NCBI RefSeq assembly: GCF_009914755.1
Contig: NC_060938.1
Reading direction: 5' to 3' (one strand)
From: the human T2T-CHM13v2.0 reference genome, Homo sapiens
Length of the DNA stretch: 64,000 nucleotides
Of the stretch, positions 14,189 to 27,114 are shown in pieces. A program made the translations under genes and the position numbers. The notes beneath the pieces are model-generated. The model made no database searches. It was given only the letters and a program-made list of their open reading frames with translations, and was not told the origin of the DNA. How positions within the stretch are numbered: position 1 is the first letter of the stretch; each line of letters begins with the position of its first letter.

Positions 14189-14504
14189 TCTTTCTCTCTC
14201 TCTCCTTCTTTCCTCTTTCTTTCTCTCTTCCTTCCTTCCCTCCCTTTCCTAACCTTCCCTTGCTCTCCCTTCCTTCTTTCCTTCCCTTACCTTTTCTTTC
14301 CTTTCCTTTCCTTTCCTTTCCTTTCCTTTCCTTTCCTTTCCTTTCCTTTCCTTTCCTTTCCTTTCCTTTCCTTTCTTTTCTTTTCCCTTCTCTTCCTTTC
14401 CTCACTCTCCTCTCCTTCTTTCCTTTCCTTTCCTCGCCCTTCCTTCCTTCCTTCCTTCCTTCCTTCCTTCCTTCCTTCTCTCTCTTTCTCCTTTCCTTCC
14501 TTCT
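14102..14504 (+). repeat. Compound polypyrimidine microsatellite (TTTC)n/(TTTCC)n/(TTCC)n
   Basis: ~403 bp with only 6 purines; ~15 tandem TTTCC units at ~14297-14371. Confidence 0.97.
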
Positions 14505-14632
14505 ATTTATTTACCTTTGTTTATATAAAATTTATGGGATACATGTGCAATTTTGTTCCATGCATAGTGGTCAGTTCAAAGCTATTAGGGTATCCATCAC
14601 CAAAGTAACATATATTGTACATATTATGTAAT
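14505..14632 (-). mobile_element. Short LINE-1 3' end (L1PB-like)
   Basis: 'tttatgggatacatgtgcaattttgttccatgcatagtggtcagttcaaagctattagggtatccatcacc'. Confidence 0.75.
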
Positions 14633-14789
14633 ATATAAGTCCAATGGGGTCTCAGGAACATTCGGTAGAGTAGACCCCTGACCTCTTCCTCTAGCTTGAA
14701 CTATTTTCTTATCAGCTTCTCCCTCTTTGCCCAAACTTTAAATGTTGAAGTTCCTAAATCCTGGGTCCTCTTCTGTTCTTATTCCATAC

Positions 14790-15008
14790 TAAGCTTGTCC
14801 AACCCATGGCCTGTGGGCCACGTGTGGCCCAGGACAGCTTTGAATGCAGCCATACACAAATTTGTAAACATTCTTCAAGCATTATAAGATATTTTATGAT
14901 TTTTTAAGCTCATCGTCTATTGTTAATGTTAGTATATTTTATGTGTGGCCCAAGACAATTCTTCTTATTTGAATACAGCCAGGGAAGCCAAAAGATTGGA
15001 CAGCCCTG
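14790..15008 (-). mobile_element. MER30 (hAT-Charlie MITE)
   Basis: Ends aagcttgtccaac...ttggacagccctg; internal 'tgtgtggcccaagacaattcttctt'. Confidence 0.9.
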
Positions 15009-15009
15009 C

Positions 15010-15700
15010 CTACACAGACTCTAGACAAGGTTTTACTAATTCCTATGGCTTTAGATACCATTGATATGCATATGGCTCCTACAGACCTCTCCTCCCAAGC
15101 TCCAAAACATTATGTGCACCTGCCATCTTGAAATCTCCACTGGGATTTTCACAGGCATTCCTAAAATCAGAATTCAAAACTCTTGAGTTCTGCCCCCACA
15201 TCTATGCCACTTCCTCAATCATTTCCCTTTTGTTAGTTTATTTCTTCTTCAGCCTTACCATTCCTTATAAAAATCGTCTCCATTTACCCATTTGCTTCTT
15301 CCAGAAAGCATCATCATCCTTGATGCTTTCTTCTTCCTGCAACCACCCTACCATCACAACTTGCAACCAAGTACTGTTATTTCACTTTCAAAATATGTGC
15401 TAAAATTATCCGCTTCTGCCATCCGCATCTTTCAGCTGATCTGCAAACATATACTCCTCTTTCCAACTTTTTGCCTCTCCAATACCTTCTCTATGGCACA
15501 CCCAGAGAGGTTCTTCAAAAATTTCAATTAGATCATGTCTCTCCTTCGTTTAAAAATATTTAATGATTTTCTACCCACGAAATAATTCTGCTAGACTGCA
15601 AGCTCTAAAGATGCAAGGACTAGGTTTGCCTTATTTGTTTCTGTTTATGCAGAGCCTAGCCTTGCATTTAGTAGGAAGTTAACACATTAACCTAGATCTT
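15010..15700 (+). mobile_element. L2 fragments
   Basis: 'gacctctcctcccaagctcc...atctccactgggattttcacaggcattcctaaa' and L2 3' end 'ctagactgcaagctc...gcaaggac'. Confidence 0.6.
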
Positions 15701-15851
15701 GTCCACCTTCTCAGCCTCACCTCTCATGGAAGCACTCATAGACCTCAGTCCAGTTACTCTTTTCTCAGATCCCTGAGCTGGCGTGGTCCAGGGCTGCCTG
15801 GGCCATGAAGCATTCACTCCTGCTTTGTTGGCTGGTATCTGCTTATATTCT

Positions 15852-16002
15852 TGCTACTGTAACTGATGTCCAAGGCAGTCACATAGGCATCTCTGGGAGC
15901 TTGCTAGAGCTGAGGCACCACCCTAGATCCAATGAATCAGAATCTGCTTGTTGACAAGGTGCCCAGGTGGTTCATATGCACATTCAAGTTTACGGTGCTT
16001 TG
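15852..16002. mobile_element. MER5A (hAT MITE)
   Basis: 'gaatcagaatctgc...aaggtgcccaggtggttcatatgcacattcaagttt'. Confidence 0.75.
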
Positions 16003-16459
16003 CTCTAGATCCCAGCCTGAGTGTTAGTTCTTTAAAAAGACCTTTCCCAACTGGCCAAATCATATTAGGTCATGTGATGGATTCACCCACACGGTCTGTG
16101 ATACAGAAGGGAAAAGGAGTTGAGGCCTATTGATCAGAAGCTGCTCATTTTACAGTTTTACCTAAGGGTAATCCTATCTAAAGTTCTGGATTTTGTAGAG
16201 AAGGGTACAAAGTAGTGAATAGTTTGATTTGAGAAAATTGAAAATTGCCAGTTTTCTTTGCTTTAACCAATATGTTTGCTCTCCCTCTGAAAATCCCTTG
16301 TTACAAGTCCTTAGTTTTAGTTTGCCACATTATGACACGATGGGAATAATGCACAGCAGTGATCCTCGGTTGGTTTGGGTTTTCAATACACAATTGATCC
16401 ATGGTTGTGGCATGCATTGTAGAATGTCCAGCTAGAACACCTATTCTTTCAATTACTTT

Positions 16460-16507
16460 CATTACTTTCAATGGCAAAACCACAATTACTTTTGCACTAA
16501 CCTGATA
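16460..16507. mobile_element. Half MADE1 mariner MITE
   Basis: 'cattactttcaatggcaaaaccacaattacttttgcactaacctgata' equals the spacer plus one Hsmar1-type TIR. Confidence 0.8.
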
Positions 16508-17476
16508 GCTTTGCTACAAGTCAGCTGTTCAGTTTTTTTTTGTTGTTGTTGTTGTTTTTTATTTTTGCAAACACTTTAGATACTGCATAGTGGATGGATT
16601 AGTTGGTGGTTCCTGGGATCTTCTGTGTATTCTGTTGAAGCTCAATAATCACATTACTGCGAACCTCCACAATTTTACAAAAGACTGCATAGTGACTATT
16701 CAGCCGATAAACTAAACCACAGCTTATTACTGTGAGATGAAAGAAAGCACACCAAATAAAAGTAAACACTGTTTAAACCTATCTCAATGAATTTCTAAAG
16801 TGTCATACATTTATTATATTCTCTACTTGTAAAATATTTTGTTGTGTGTATTGTCAAGTATTTCAGGATTTTATGGGTATAATGTATTCTATTAATTTAA
16901 CTGGAAAACTTTTAGTTATTCAACAATCAAACTAAAGTGTTGGCAGAGATGTAATTTTAAAGCACAATTCCACGCATTCCTTCAGTATTACAGCTGCTCC
17001 TTGTTTGTTTAATAATAGAACTGATGAGTAGTTAATTTGAGAGGAAAGCTGGTGCAGGTGTAGTGCTGTTTAGATGTCATGGAGGACACATGTGACATCT
17101 GCAGCTACCTATAGGGTAAAAGCAAAACAGAAGTTAAAATCAGCCCTGTGTCAAATCTGCATAGTTTTAGGCTTCAGAGAGTTTCTCTGTATGTTGAGGC
17201 CGGAAGTTTAGTAGAATTCCAAGGGACTAAGAGAGGAACCAACATTTGTAGATTTTGCCTTCTATGGGGAAACTCATTCAATCATCAGGAGAACTCTTCA
17301 ATAGGTTTTATTTGCTCTGGTTTACCTAGATGAAAAATTGAGACCCAGAATCCAAGCTTTTCTTTCCTGGTTACACATTAGAATCACCAATGTGATATTA
17401 AACCCCCCCACACACACACACACTGCACAACGATTAGGATGGCTGCTATCAAAAAAGAAAAAACAAAAAAATCAGG

Positions 17477-17896
<420 letters not shown>

Positions 17897-18063
17897 TCAA
17901 GAATTTAGACATAGAATTACCATATGATTCAGTAATCCCACTCACATCTATAAATCTCTATATCTGTATCTTTATCTACCTATATCTATCTTCAAAAGAA
18001 TGGAAAGCAGTTACTCAAATAGATACTTGTGCACCTGTGTTCTCTCCCCACCCCACCCCCCTC

Positions 18064-18626
18064 TTTTTTTTTTTTTAATAAATAGGGTCTCATTCTGTTT
18101 CCCAGCCTGGAGTGCAGGGGCTGTTTATAGGCATGATCCCCCTGCTGGGGAGCTGTCCACAGGCACGACCCCCTGCTGCGGGGCTGTCCACAGGCACAAT
18201 CCCCTGCTGCGGGGCTGTCCACAGGCACGAACCCCTGGTGAGGGGCTGTCCACAGGCATGACCCCCTGCTGTGGGGCTGTTTACAGGCACGATCCCCCTG
18301 CTGCGGGGCTGTCCACGGGCACGATCTCCCTGCTGCGGGGCTGTCCACAGGCAGGATCTCCCTGCTGCGTGACTATCCACAGGCATGACCCCCTGCTGGT
18401 CAAACTGGGAGTTGTGCCCTGCTTTGTCACCAACCCAGGCCGGTTCGCCCCTCCTTAGGCAACCTGGTAGTCCCTTATCCCAGGAGGTCACTGTACTAAT
18501 GTCTAATTTCGTGCAGACATCTGATCAACACAGCACACTGCAGCCCAGGACTCCTGGGCTCAAGCAATCTTCCTGCCTCAGATGCCTGAGTAGCAGGAAC
18601 TACAGGCACATGCCACCACACCTGCC
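18064..18626 (-). pseudogene. Full-length 7SL (SRP) RNA retropseudogene with an internal VNTR
   Basis: Contains the S-domain absent from Alus (ggccggttcgcccctccttaggcaacctggtagtccc...ggaggtcac); poly-A (T run 18064-18076); TSD core cacctgtgttc at 18032-18042 and 18632-18642. Confidence 0.95.
18116..18398. repeat. GC-rich minisatellite, 9 x 31-32 bp, derived from 7SL sequence
   Basis: Unit ~cggggctgtccacaggcacgaccccctgctg; unit starts 18116, 18148, 18179, 18210, 18241, 18272, 18304, 18336, 18368. Confidence 0.97.
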
Positions 18627-20142
18627 TGCTACACCTGTGTTCATTGCAGCATTACAGCAGCCTTATTTACAGGAACCACAAGGTGGAAACAACCTAAAAA
18701 GTCTATTGAGGGATAGATGGATAAACAAAACGTGGTATAGACATAAAATGGAATATTAGTGATCTTTAAAAAGGGAGGGAATTCTGATACTTGCTACCAC
18801 ATAGATAAAACTTAAAAACATTATGCTAAGTCAGACGTCAAACACAGACTACGTGATTCCATCTATATGAAGAACCTGGAACAGGCAAATTAATAGAGAC
18901 ACAAAGCAGAATAGAGGTTTTCAGGACTGGCAGGAGGTGGAAATGGGCGGGGTTAGTGTCTAATGGGCACAGAGTTCCTGTCTGGGATGATAGAATGTTT
19001 CAGAAATGGATAGTGGTGATGATTGCACAGCATTGTGAATGTAGCTAATGACATTGAATTCTTTACCAGAAAACAAAAGCAAAAACAGAAACACATTGCT
19101 TAAGCTTCCCAGTCAGACAGGTGACGTTCTTGGTGTGAGCTGGGGCCTGAGACCAGGCTGCCCTCACCAGAGCGGCTTCAAGACCCTTCTTGGTTGTACT
19201 TAGGTCTGATTGCTCTGGAGAGCCCCATACATGAAAGCCATCTCTGGTTCTATCTCTTCTCACTCCAGTCCTACCTACCCCTACCATCCCCCAGCTGGGC
19301 ATTATAAGAAAAGCAAGATGACTATGAGTTTTCTGATTATTTATATGACCAAATAATCTCAGGGACTATTGCTAACTAACCCATTGGATTCCCACTACCT
19401 TCATGAGTTTCAGACGAGGTGAAGGGTCCCTAAAATCCTGCCACCTAGTCAGGAATTCAGTTGTCAATAATTTCTTTATTTGTGATACAAGCAGGGGTGG
19501 GGAAAGAGAAATGAACAGACTTGGAAGCTTCTCTGAGGCCCTAGAGAAGACCTCTGGGCTCCGAAAACCAGACGCCAGGAGAAAGGAGGGTGGTTGATGA
19601 CTCCCCACTCTTTCTCCAGCCCCTGCTCCTGTTTCTCCCCTTCACCCACTGCAGTTTCCTCAGGTCCTGGGTCCCGTGCCATCATCTCTTCGAATGACCT
19701 CCTTTCTATCCCTGTTAATAAAGGAGCATCAGCTAAGTGAACGTGGTGATTTGCATTCACTTACATTGATTCAGAAATTGTGTTTAATTCCACACAAGAA
19801 AAAGAATGTGGATCTTTTTCACTGGGGGAAAAAAAGTCGTTATGTATCATCTTAATCATGTTTTCCTGGGATATAATCTATACAAGATTCCTAATTAAGC
19901 CTTCATTGCATCTGTGCACGTGGTTTGCTTTCCTCTCATGTGAAATAGTGTTGGACCACACGAGTTTGGGCCACAGCCCAGGAAAACACAATCGTAAACG
20001 TCGTAATCCCGAATGTTGAAGTCCCAAAAGATCAAAATCTGTACAGTCTAAAATCCTGAAAATTACAATCCTAAAAAATCAAAATTCTGAACATACAATT
20101 CTGGAAAAAAATTATTAACACATTCTTTAAAAAGCATTTATT

Positions 20143-20504
<362 letters not shown>

Positions 20505-21129
20505 CTAGGCCACTTTACACAATCAATAGGCAATAATAACATACATATATTTGCAAGCATAAAACTCAGGTATGCTAACGATAGTCTCACGGGTATAATG
20601 GTAATGAGCAGATGAGTTGTATTTGTAAATAAATGGGTCAAAAAGCAAAATGTATAAAAGCATGGTTGGTAACTGGGTGCACTCAGCTTTATAACTTAGG
20701 TCATCTGGAATATTGTGACAACCTAAGTCTTTTGACCAGATTCATCAAAAGCTGGGATGGGTCACCATCTAATATGTAGTCAAAGAGCTGAGATCCTGAG
20801 GAATTTTCTCTTTCCCAAATGCAAATGTGCAAAAAGGATATCTTCTCATTTACTGAGGAAACTTTAATGTTTTTATGTGCATGTGCAATGGTTACACACA
20901 AAGTCAGTGTTGTGATAATGCACTCTTGTGGAGTTAAATTTGCAAAAAAAATGCATAAAACAAATTAGAACTCTCTAAAAGTCTTTGCAAAATTTATACC
21001 TTCAGTATTGAAGTGATACTAAGATGAAATACACAGCATAGCAACTTGTAAAAAATAATGGTGACAATTTAAAATAGTGGAAAAATTGAAAAAGAAACAA
21101 CTAAAAAGAAAATTGACACATAAAAAGTA

Positions 21130-22340
21130 TATTACATGGATAGATTATGGGCATTTACAGAGTTCATCATAGCTGGCTGACTTTCATGATCATTAGCTGT
21201 ATTTTGAAGTCATGCATCACGATGAATAGTTGTCTTTTTTGTTTTTAGGATTTGACTCTCCTGATAAAATACATTCACATTCATTTTCTACGTGGCACTG
21301 CTCTTTTTGAAATTCTTCTATAATTTGATACACACTGACATGAACATTTCCTATTACATTTTCCAATCTTCTATGCCATTCTCGTCTATTATTTTGAGTA
21401 TGTGGAAATCCATTTTGCAGGCCCTCATATACAGGACACTCATTTTTCAGAAACAATACTTTTGATTGAACAGCAACACCATTGCCTAAATGACTTCTTA
21501 TCCTACCTTGCACATCATTATTTTCAAACCAGTATGTAATATTTCTGTCTTCTTCAGGCAATTGTGGTTTTAATTTATCAAAAGCTCCTGGAATTTTATC
21601 AGGTGGAAGGAATGCCAATACAGACAAATGACACATTTTTAAACTAAAATTTTCATCATTGCCAGATGGCCTGGCCAATCCACTCATCTGAATTTTCTGG
21701 CAAATGAGCTGGGCTGAATGGAAGATATAAACTTTACTGGTAACAACTTGCATTTCACTTTTAGAAGCCTTGATCACACCTAATTAAAAACTTGTCATTA
21801 TAATTTGGGGATGCAATTGAAATCTATTTTCTTCTGCAAAGCCCTCCAAATCTTCAAATAAGCTTTTAAAAAGTACTTCACTTTTTCCAGTTATGAAACC
21901 ATAAACATGCAGATTAAATTACAGAATTTTGTAATCCAATGGGGGCATAAACTGTATAAAGTTGATTTAAAAAACCCACTGGGGACAGTTTTGAAAGTGC
22001 CGTTCATCAGCCAAAGTGAAACATGCACCAGTTTTGTTATGTTAAACTTAGTGGTAAATAAACATGTTTATCTTTTTTGACAGTCAAATCCCTAATCAAG
22101 AATAGTTCATGATTTAATATGTCTTGTAGCACTAGAGGAAGCTCTGTGCCAGGAGGTGTCTGGCTCAGAAGGCCACTGAATTTGTTGAACTATTTTTATT
22201 ATCTCACAAAAGGCATTTTGTGAAGGCAAGCATGGTGCTACCTGTAGAGGTGTTTGGTACATGATTACATAATTTGGCAGACAAGATTTTGTCCATTTTT
22301 TACTTTCATTTTAACTTCTTCTGTGATATTCAGGACATTC
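21130..22340 (-). pseudogene. Decayed MULE transposase
   Basis: Minus-strand motifs LWLMNGTFKTVP (DGTF), IMTSF* (TDFE), YIFH (CxxH), LAFLP, TQNNRREWHRR; ORF 21217-21777 is the longest open piece. Confidence 0.88.
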
Positions 22341-22342
22341 AA

Positions 22343-22625
22343 AACAGTGACAGCAGATCTTCCCCACCTAGTCCGCTCAGACCCACACACTGATCTCTTC
22401 TGAGAAAACCATCACAGACATACCCAAAATAATGCTGTCCCAGCTTTCCAGGGATTCCTTAATCCAGTCAAGTTGACACCTGAAATTAAGTCTGCAAGTC
22501 CACCCCTTGTAGATTTGGCACCCATATGGACCTCCTTAAACCATACATAATTTCCAAATAAAAAGAAAACAAAGCAACAGTTGTACCTAACACGATGCAA
22601 CTAACTTGGTACAACTCTCCTGTCA
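22343..22625 (-). mobile_element. Captured HERV-L 3' internal end, PPT and 5' part of an MLT2B-type LTR
   Basis: Reverse strand reads gggtgccaaatctacaaggggtggact then ttaatttcaggtgtcaacttgactggattaagg...tgggtatgtctgtga. Confidence 0.85.
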
Positions 22626-22667
22626 CTGTGATTTTCTGGATTTTAGATGTTAAGAATTTAGACTTTA

Positions 22668-25050
22668 GGACTGGGCATGGTGGCTCATGCCTGTATTCCC
22701 AGCACTTTGGGAGGCCAAGTCAGGAGGATCACTTGAGCCCAGGAGTTTGAAATCAGCCAGGGCAATAAACTGAGACCCCATGATATGGTTTGGCTGTGTC
22801 TCCAACCAAATCTCATCTTGATTTGTAGTTCCCATAATCTTCACATATCATGATGGGGACCCAGTGGGAGGTAATTGAATCATGGAGGCAGTTACCCCCA
22901 TGCTGTTCTCATGATAGTGAGTGAGTTCTCACAAGATCTGATGGTTTTATAAGGAGCTTTTGCCCCTTTGCTTGTGCTTCTCCTTCCTGCCACTTCATGA
23001 AGAAGGTGACTTGCTTCCCCTTTGCATTCTACCATGCTTGTAAGTTTCCTGAAGTCTCCCCAGCTATGATGAACTGTGAGTCAATTAAACCTCTTTACTT
23101 TATAAATTACCCAAGCTTGGTTATGTCTTTATTAGCAGCATGAGAATGGACTGATACAGTAAATATGTACTGAGGTAGTGGGGCGTTGTTATAAGGATAC
23201 CTAAAAATGTGGAAGTGAATTTGGAACTGGGTAACAGGCAGAGGTTGAACAGTTTGCAGGGTTCGGAAGAAGAGAGAAAAATGTGAGGAAGTTTGGAACT
23301 TCCTAGAGACTTGCAGAATGGTTTTGAGGAAAATGCTGATAGTGACATGGACAATGAAGTCCAGGCTGAGGTGGTCTCATATGGAGATGAAGAAATTGTT
23401 GGGAACTGGAGTAAAGATGACTCTTGCTATGCAAAGAGACTGATGGCATTTTGCCCCTGCCCTAGAATTCTGTGGAACTTTAAACTTGAGAGACATGGTT
23501 TAGGGTATCTGGCAGAATAAATTCCTAGGGAGCAAAGTGTTCAAGAGGAAGCAAAGCATAAAAGTTTTAAAAATTTTGCAGCTTGATGATGAGATAGAAA
23601 AGGAAAACCCATTTTCTGGAGAGAAATTCAAGCCAGCTGCAGAAATTTGCATAAGTAACGAGGAACTAAATATTAATCACCAAGACAATGGGAAAATGTC
23701 TTCAGGGCATGTCAGAGACCTTCACGGCAACTCAAACCATCACAGGCCAGGAGGCCTAGGAGGAAAAAAATGGTTTAATGGGCCCGGTGCAGGGACTTGC
23801 TGCTCTGTGCAGTCTCAGGACTTGGCGCCCTGTGTCCTAATCATGGCTAAAGGGCCAAGGTATAGGTCAAGCCATGGCTTCAGAGGGTACAAGGCCCAAG
23901 CCTTGGCAGCTTACATGAGGCGTTGGGCCTGTGGGTGCACAGAAGTCAAGAATTGAGGTTTGGGTATCTACATCTAAATTTCAGAGGATGCATGGAAATG
24001 CCTGGGTGTTCAGGCACAAATTTGTGATGGGGACGGAGCCCTCATGGGGAACCTCTGCTAGGGCAGTGAGTGCAGAAGGGAAATGAGGGTCAGAGCCCCC
24101 ACACAGTCCCCACTGGGGCACTTCCTAGTGGAGCTGAAAGAAGAGGGCCACCATCCTCCAGACTCCAGAATGGTAGATACACTGACAGCTTACACTGTAT
24201 TGCCTGGAAAAGCCACAGACACTCAGCACCATCCTGTGAAAGCAGCCAGGAGGAGGGCTGTACCCTGCAAAGCAACAGGGGTGGAGCTGCCCAAGGCCAT
24301 GAGAGCCCACCTCTTGCTTCAGCGTGACCTGGATGTGAGACATGAAGTCAAAGGAAATCATTTCAGAGCTTCAAGATTTGACTGACCCATTGAATTTTGG
24401 ACTTGCATGGGGCGTGCAGTCCCTTCATTTTGGCCAATTTCTCCCATTTGGAACAGGTGTATTTACCCAATGCCTATATCCTCATTGTATCTATGAAGTA
24501 ACTAACTTAATTTTGACTTTACAGGCTCATAGGCAGAAGGGCCTTGCCTTGTCTAAGATAAGACTTTGGACTTGGACATTTGGGTTAATGCTGGAATGAG
24601 CTAAGGCTTTGGGGGACTGTTAGAAAGGCAAGATCATGTTTTAAAATGTAAGGACATGAAATTTGGAAGGGGCTGAGGGCAGAATGATATGGTTTGGCTC
24701 TGTCCCCACCCAAATCTCACCTTGAAATGTAGTTTCCATAATCCCTACATGTTATGGGAGGAACCCAGTTGGAGGTAATTGAATCATGGGGGTGGTTACC
24801 CCCGTGGTGTTCTCATGACAGTGAGTGATACCTGAAGGTTTTATGAGGGGCTTTTCCCCTTTTGCTCAGCACCTCCTGGTGCCTTGCTTCTTGTTTGCAT
24901 TCACCATGATTGTAAGTTTTCTGAAGCCTTCCCAGCCATGCTGAACTGTGAGTCAATTAAACCTCTTTCTTTTGTAAATTACCCAGGCTCGTGTATGTTT
25001 TTATTGGAAGCATGAGAATGAACCAATTCACTGTCTCTACTACAAAAAAA
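22668..25050 (+). mobile_element. FLAM-type Alu monomer split by THE1 (pieces 22668-22780 and 25031-25050)
   Basis: Monomer resumes as ctgtctctactacaaaaaaa after the LTR; 15-bp TSD agaatttagac(t/c)tta at 22653 and 25052. Confidence 0.88.
22781..25030 (+). mobile_element. Full-length THE1C/D-like MaLR (LTR 22781-23158, internal 23159-24684, LTR 24685-25030)
   Basis: Two direct LTRs starting tgatatggtttggct and ending ~gactaataca; THE1-internal sequence between; purine tract before the 3' LTR. Confidence 0.95.
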
Positions 25051-25639
25051 GAGAATTTAGACCTTAGGAATTTTAATCTTTCAGGATTTCAACATTCAGT
25101 GTTATGGTGTTTGTGACTGGGTCTTCTGGGATTATGATCCTCACCTGGAGTAAACAGCCTAGCAGCTCTCTTCAAACTATGATCCTATTCTCCAACTGCC
25201 TCCTGAGTTCAGCCTCTTCAACTTGGCTAAGCTTGCCTTTCCTTTCCTGTCTGTTTGCTTTCTTCCCTCTGATTAATCCAAAGTAAAATTTGACTTTTTT
25301 TTTCCATTCCAACAACTCCATCTTCTATCACATATCTCCTTTCATGAAGTTGGCCCATGATAATGTTTCTGTTGACAACAGTATAATATAGAAAAGATTG
25401 CATATAGTTAAAGTACGTATTTTATTTATTTGGTGGCAGCATTCTAATAAGAAATTAAAACTATTTCTTTTAAAATCATAATTTAATCACCAGGCAGAGC
25501 AAGTAAAGAGAAATAAGTTCCAGGATTTCACATCTGTCAAAAGTAAATGCTGATTTTTATTGAGGACTTCCTTATTTCTGCCACCAGTTGACTCTCATAC
25601 AGCTTGTTCCCAATAGAATCTAGTGTGGAATTGGCAAAT

Positions 25640-25806
25640 GTGGTGTCATACATGCAGCGCTCTACTGGAGCTGATAATTAAGTACCCAGAAATTTTATGA
25701 AGTGTTTGTCAAACCATCAGTAGAAATATTTACACAATGGAAATCAGCAAATGCTACAAATCTGGGCTTCCCCCCACCCAACCAATAGGTTTGCTAGCAT
25801 ACAACT
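25640..25806. mobile_element. MER63-like (hAT-Blackjack) MITE
   Basis: 'atatttacacaatggaaatcagcaaatgctacaaatctgggctt'. Confidence 0.65.
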
Positions 25807-25849
25807 TTTATTCATCTTGTAAACGTTCAGAATTTCTATAAATATTCAT

Positions 25850-26780
25850 AGACTTTCCTATACTGAGTGTCTCAGAATAACTCGAAGTTCTTACAATAGC
25901 CAGTGAGGCTGAGTGTGAGTTGACCCACCCCAGTCCCTCTCTCTGACTTGTCTTCTGTTAGCCTTCTGACTCCCAGTGTTCTCTACTTCATGCACATAGG
26001 CTAGGCACCCTGCTGTTTGCCTGCCTTTTCTTCCTCGAGTGCTCTTCCCCAGATATCTGCATAGCTGGTGCCCTCACCTCCTTGGAATCTTTGTTCAAAT
26101 GTTATCTTCTCAGTGAGACCTTATCTATATAAGTTTTCTATGATTGCTGGAATAAATTAGCACACCTCTAGTAGCCTAAAAGAACACACACTCTCTCTAG
26201 GGGAGAGAGAACACTTTCTTACCTTCTCAGATTTTAAAGGATGCCTGCATCCCTTGGCCCCTGGCCCCCTTCCAGGCAGCAACCACATCATTCTGACCCT
26301 AGCTGTCACGCTTCTTGCCTCAGACTCTCCTACCTCCCTCTTTTGCTTTTAAGTCCTCTTGTGATGACATTGGGCTAACATGGGTAATCCAGAATAATCT
26401 CCTCATCTCATGATCCATAACTTCATCACATCCATAAGTCCTTTTTGCCATATAGGGATATGGACATGTAGAAAGGCCATTCTTCTGCCTATTACTCCCT
26501 CCTTGAGCATTCTAACTACCTTCACATCTACCTGCTCCCAGCATTCCTGAGCTCTCTTCCAAACTTAATTTTTCTCTGTGCCACTTATTACCTTCTGGCA
26601 TATTATATATTTTACATATTTATTTTATTAATGATCTGTCTTTTCTCACTGGAATATAATTTGCATGAGGGTAAACATTTTTGTTTTATATCGTTGACAT
26701 ATTTTCATTAAGTTGAACAGTGCCTTTCTTTTAGTAAGGACTCAAGAAATATATATGTTTTGGCTGAATAAATTAGGTTG
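25850..26780 (+). mobile_element. L2 3' region interrupted by an MLT1 LTR
   Basis: 'cttccccagatatctgcatagctgg...ttcaaatgttatcttctcagtgagacctt' and L2 tail 'ttttggctgaataaat'. Confidence 0.7.
26126..26495 (-). mobile_element. MaLR solo LTR (MLT1C/D-like)
   Basis: 'cttgtgatgacattgggctaacatgggtaatccagaataatctcctcatctca'. Confidence 0.75.
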
Positions 26781-26973
26781 AGAAGTTTGGGGGAAAATCC
26801 TGGCATGATACAGAAGACGGTTCCCAGTGATGGGAAAGGGCCATGTGGTGGGGCCTCTACAGGAAGCTGGGATGCTCCAGAGGTCCCCCAGGGAAGAGCT
26901 GCTTTGCTTACGTTGAACTCTTTGCCCGAGCTCTGATTTCTAATGTTTTCTTTCATATTTATTTTTGCTCTGC

Positions 26974-27114
26974 TTTTTTTTAAATTAATTTTTGTATAGA
27001 TATGAGGTTTTACTATATTTCTCAGGCTGGTATCAAACTCATGAGCTCAAGCAATCTTCCCACCTCAGCCTCCCAAAGTGTTATTACTAGAGGTGCAAGC
27101 CACCACACCCGGCC
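26974..27114 (-). mobile_element. FLAM/Alu monomer
   Basis: Reverse left monomer ending gccaccacacccggcc. Confidence 0.85.

Noticed and set aside
14058-14631. ORFs of 115 and 179 aa (K/R/E-rich and F/L/S/P-rich)
   Set aside because: Translations of the polypyrimidine microsatellite
18116-18398. SVA element or CRISPR-like array
   Set aside because: No hexamer or SINE-R parts and no unique spacers; units derive from 7SL
17992-18759. Overlapping 118-152 aa ORFs with repeated motifs
   Set aside because: Stop-free frames through the GC-rich 7SL VNTR; no coding evidence
21217-21777. Domesticated transposase gene
   Set aside because: Upstream in-frame stop, frameshifts and altered catalytic residues; the ORF is only a residual fragment
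23293-24599. Cluster of ORFs in the THE1 interior
   Set aside because: Fragments of the decayed MaLR internal region
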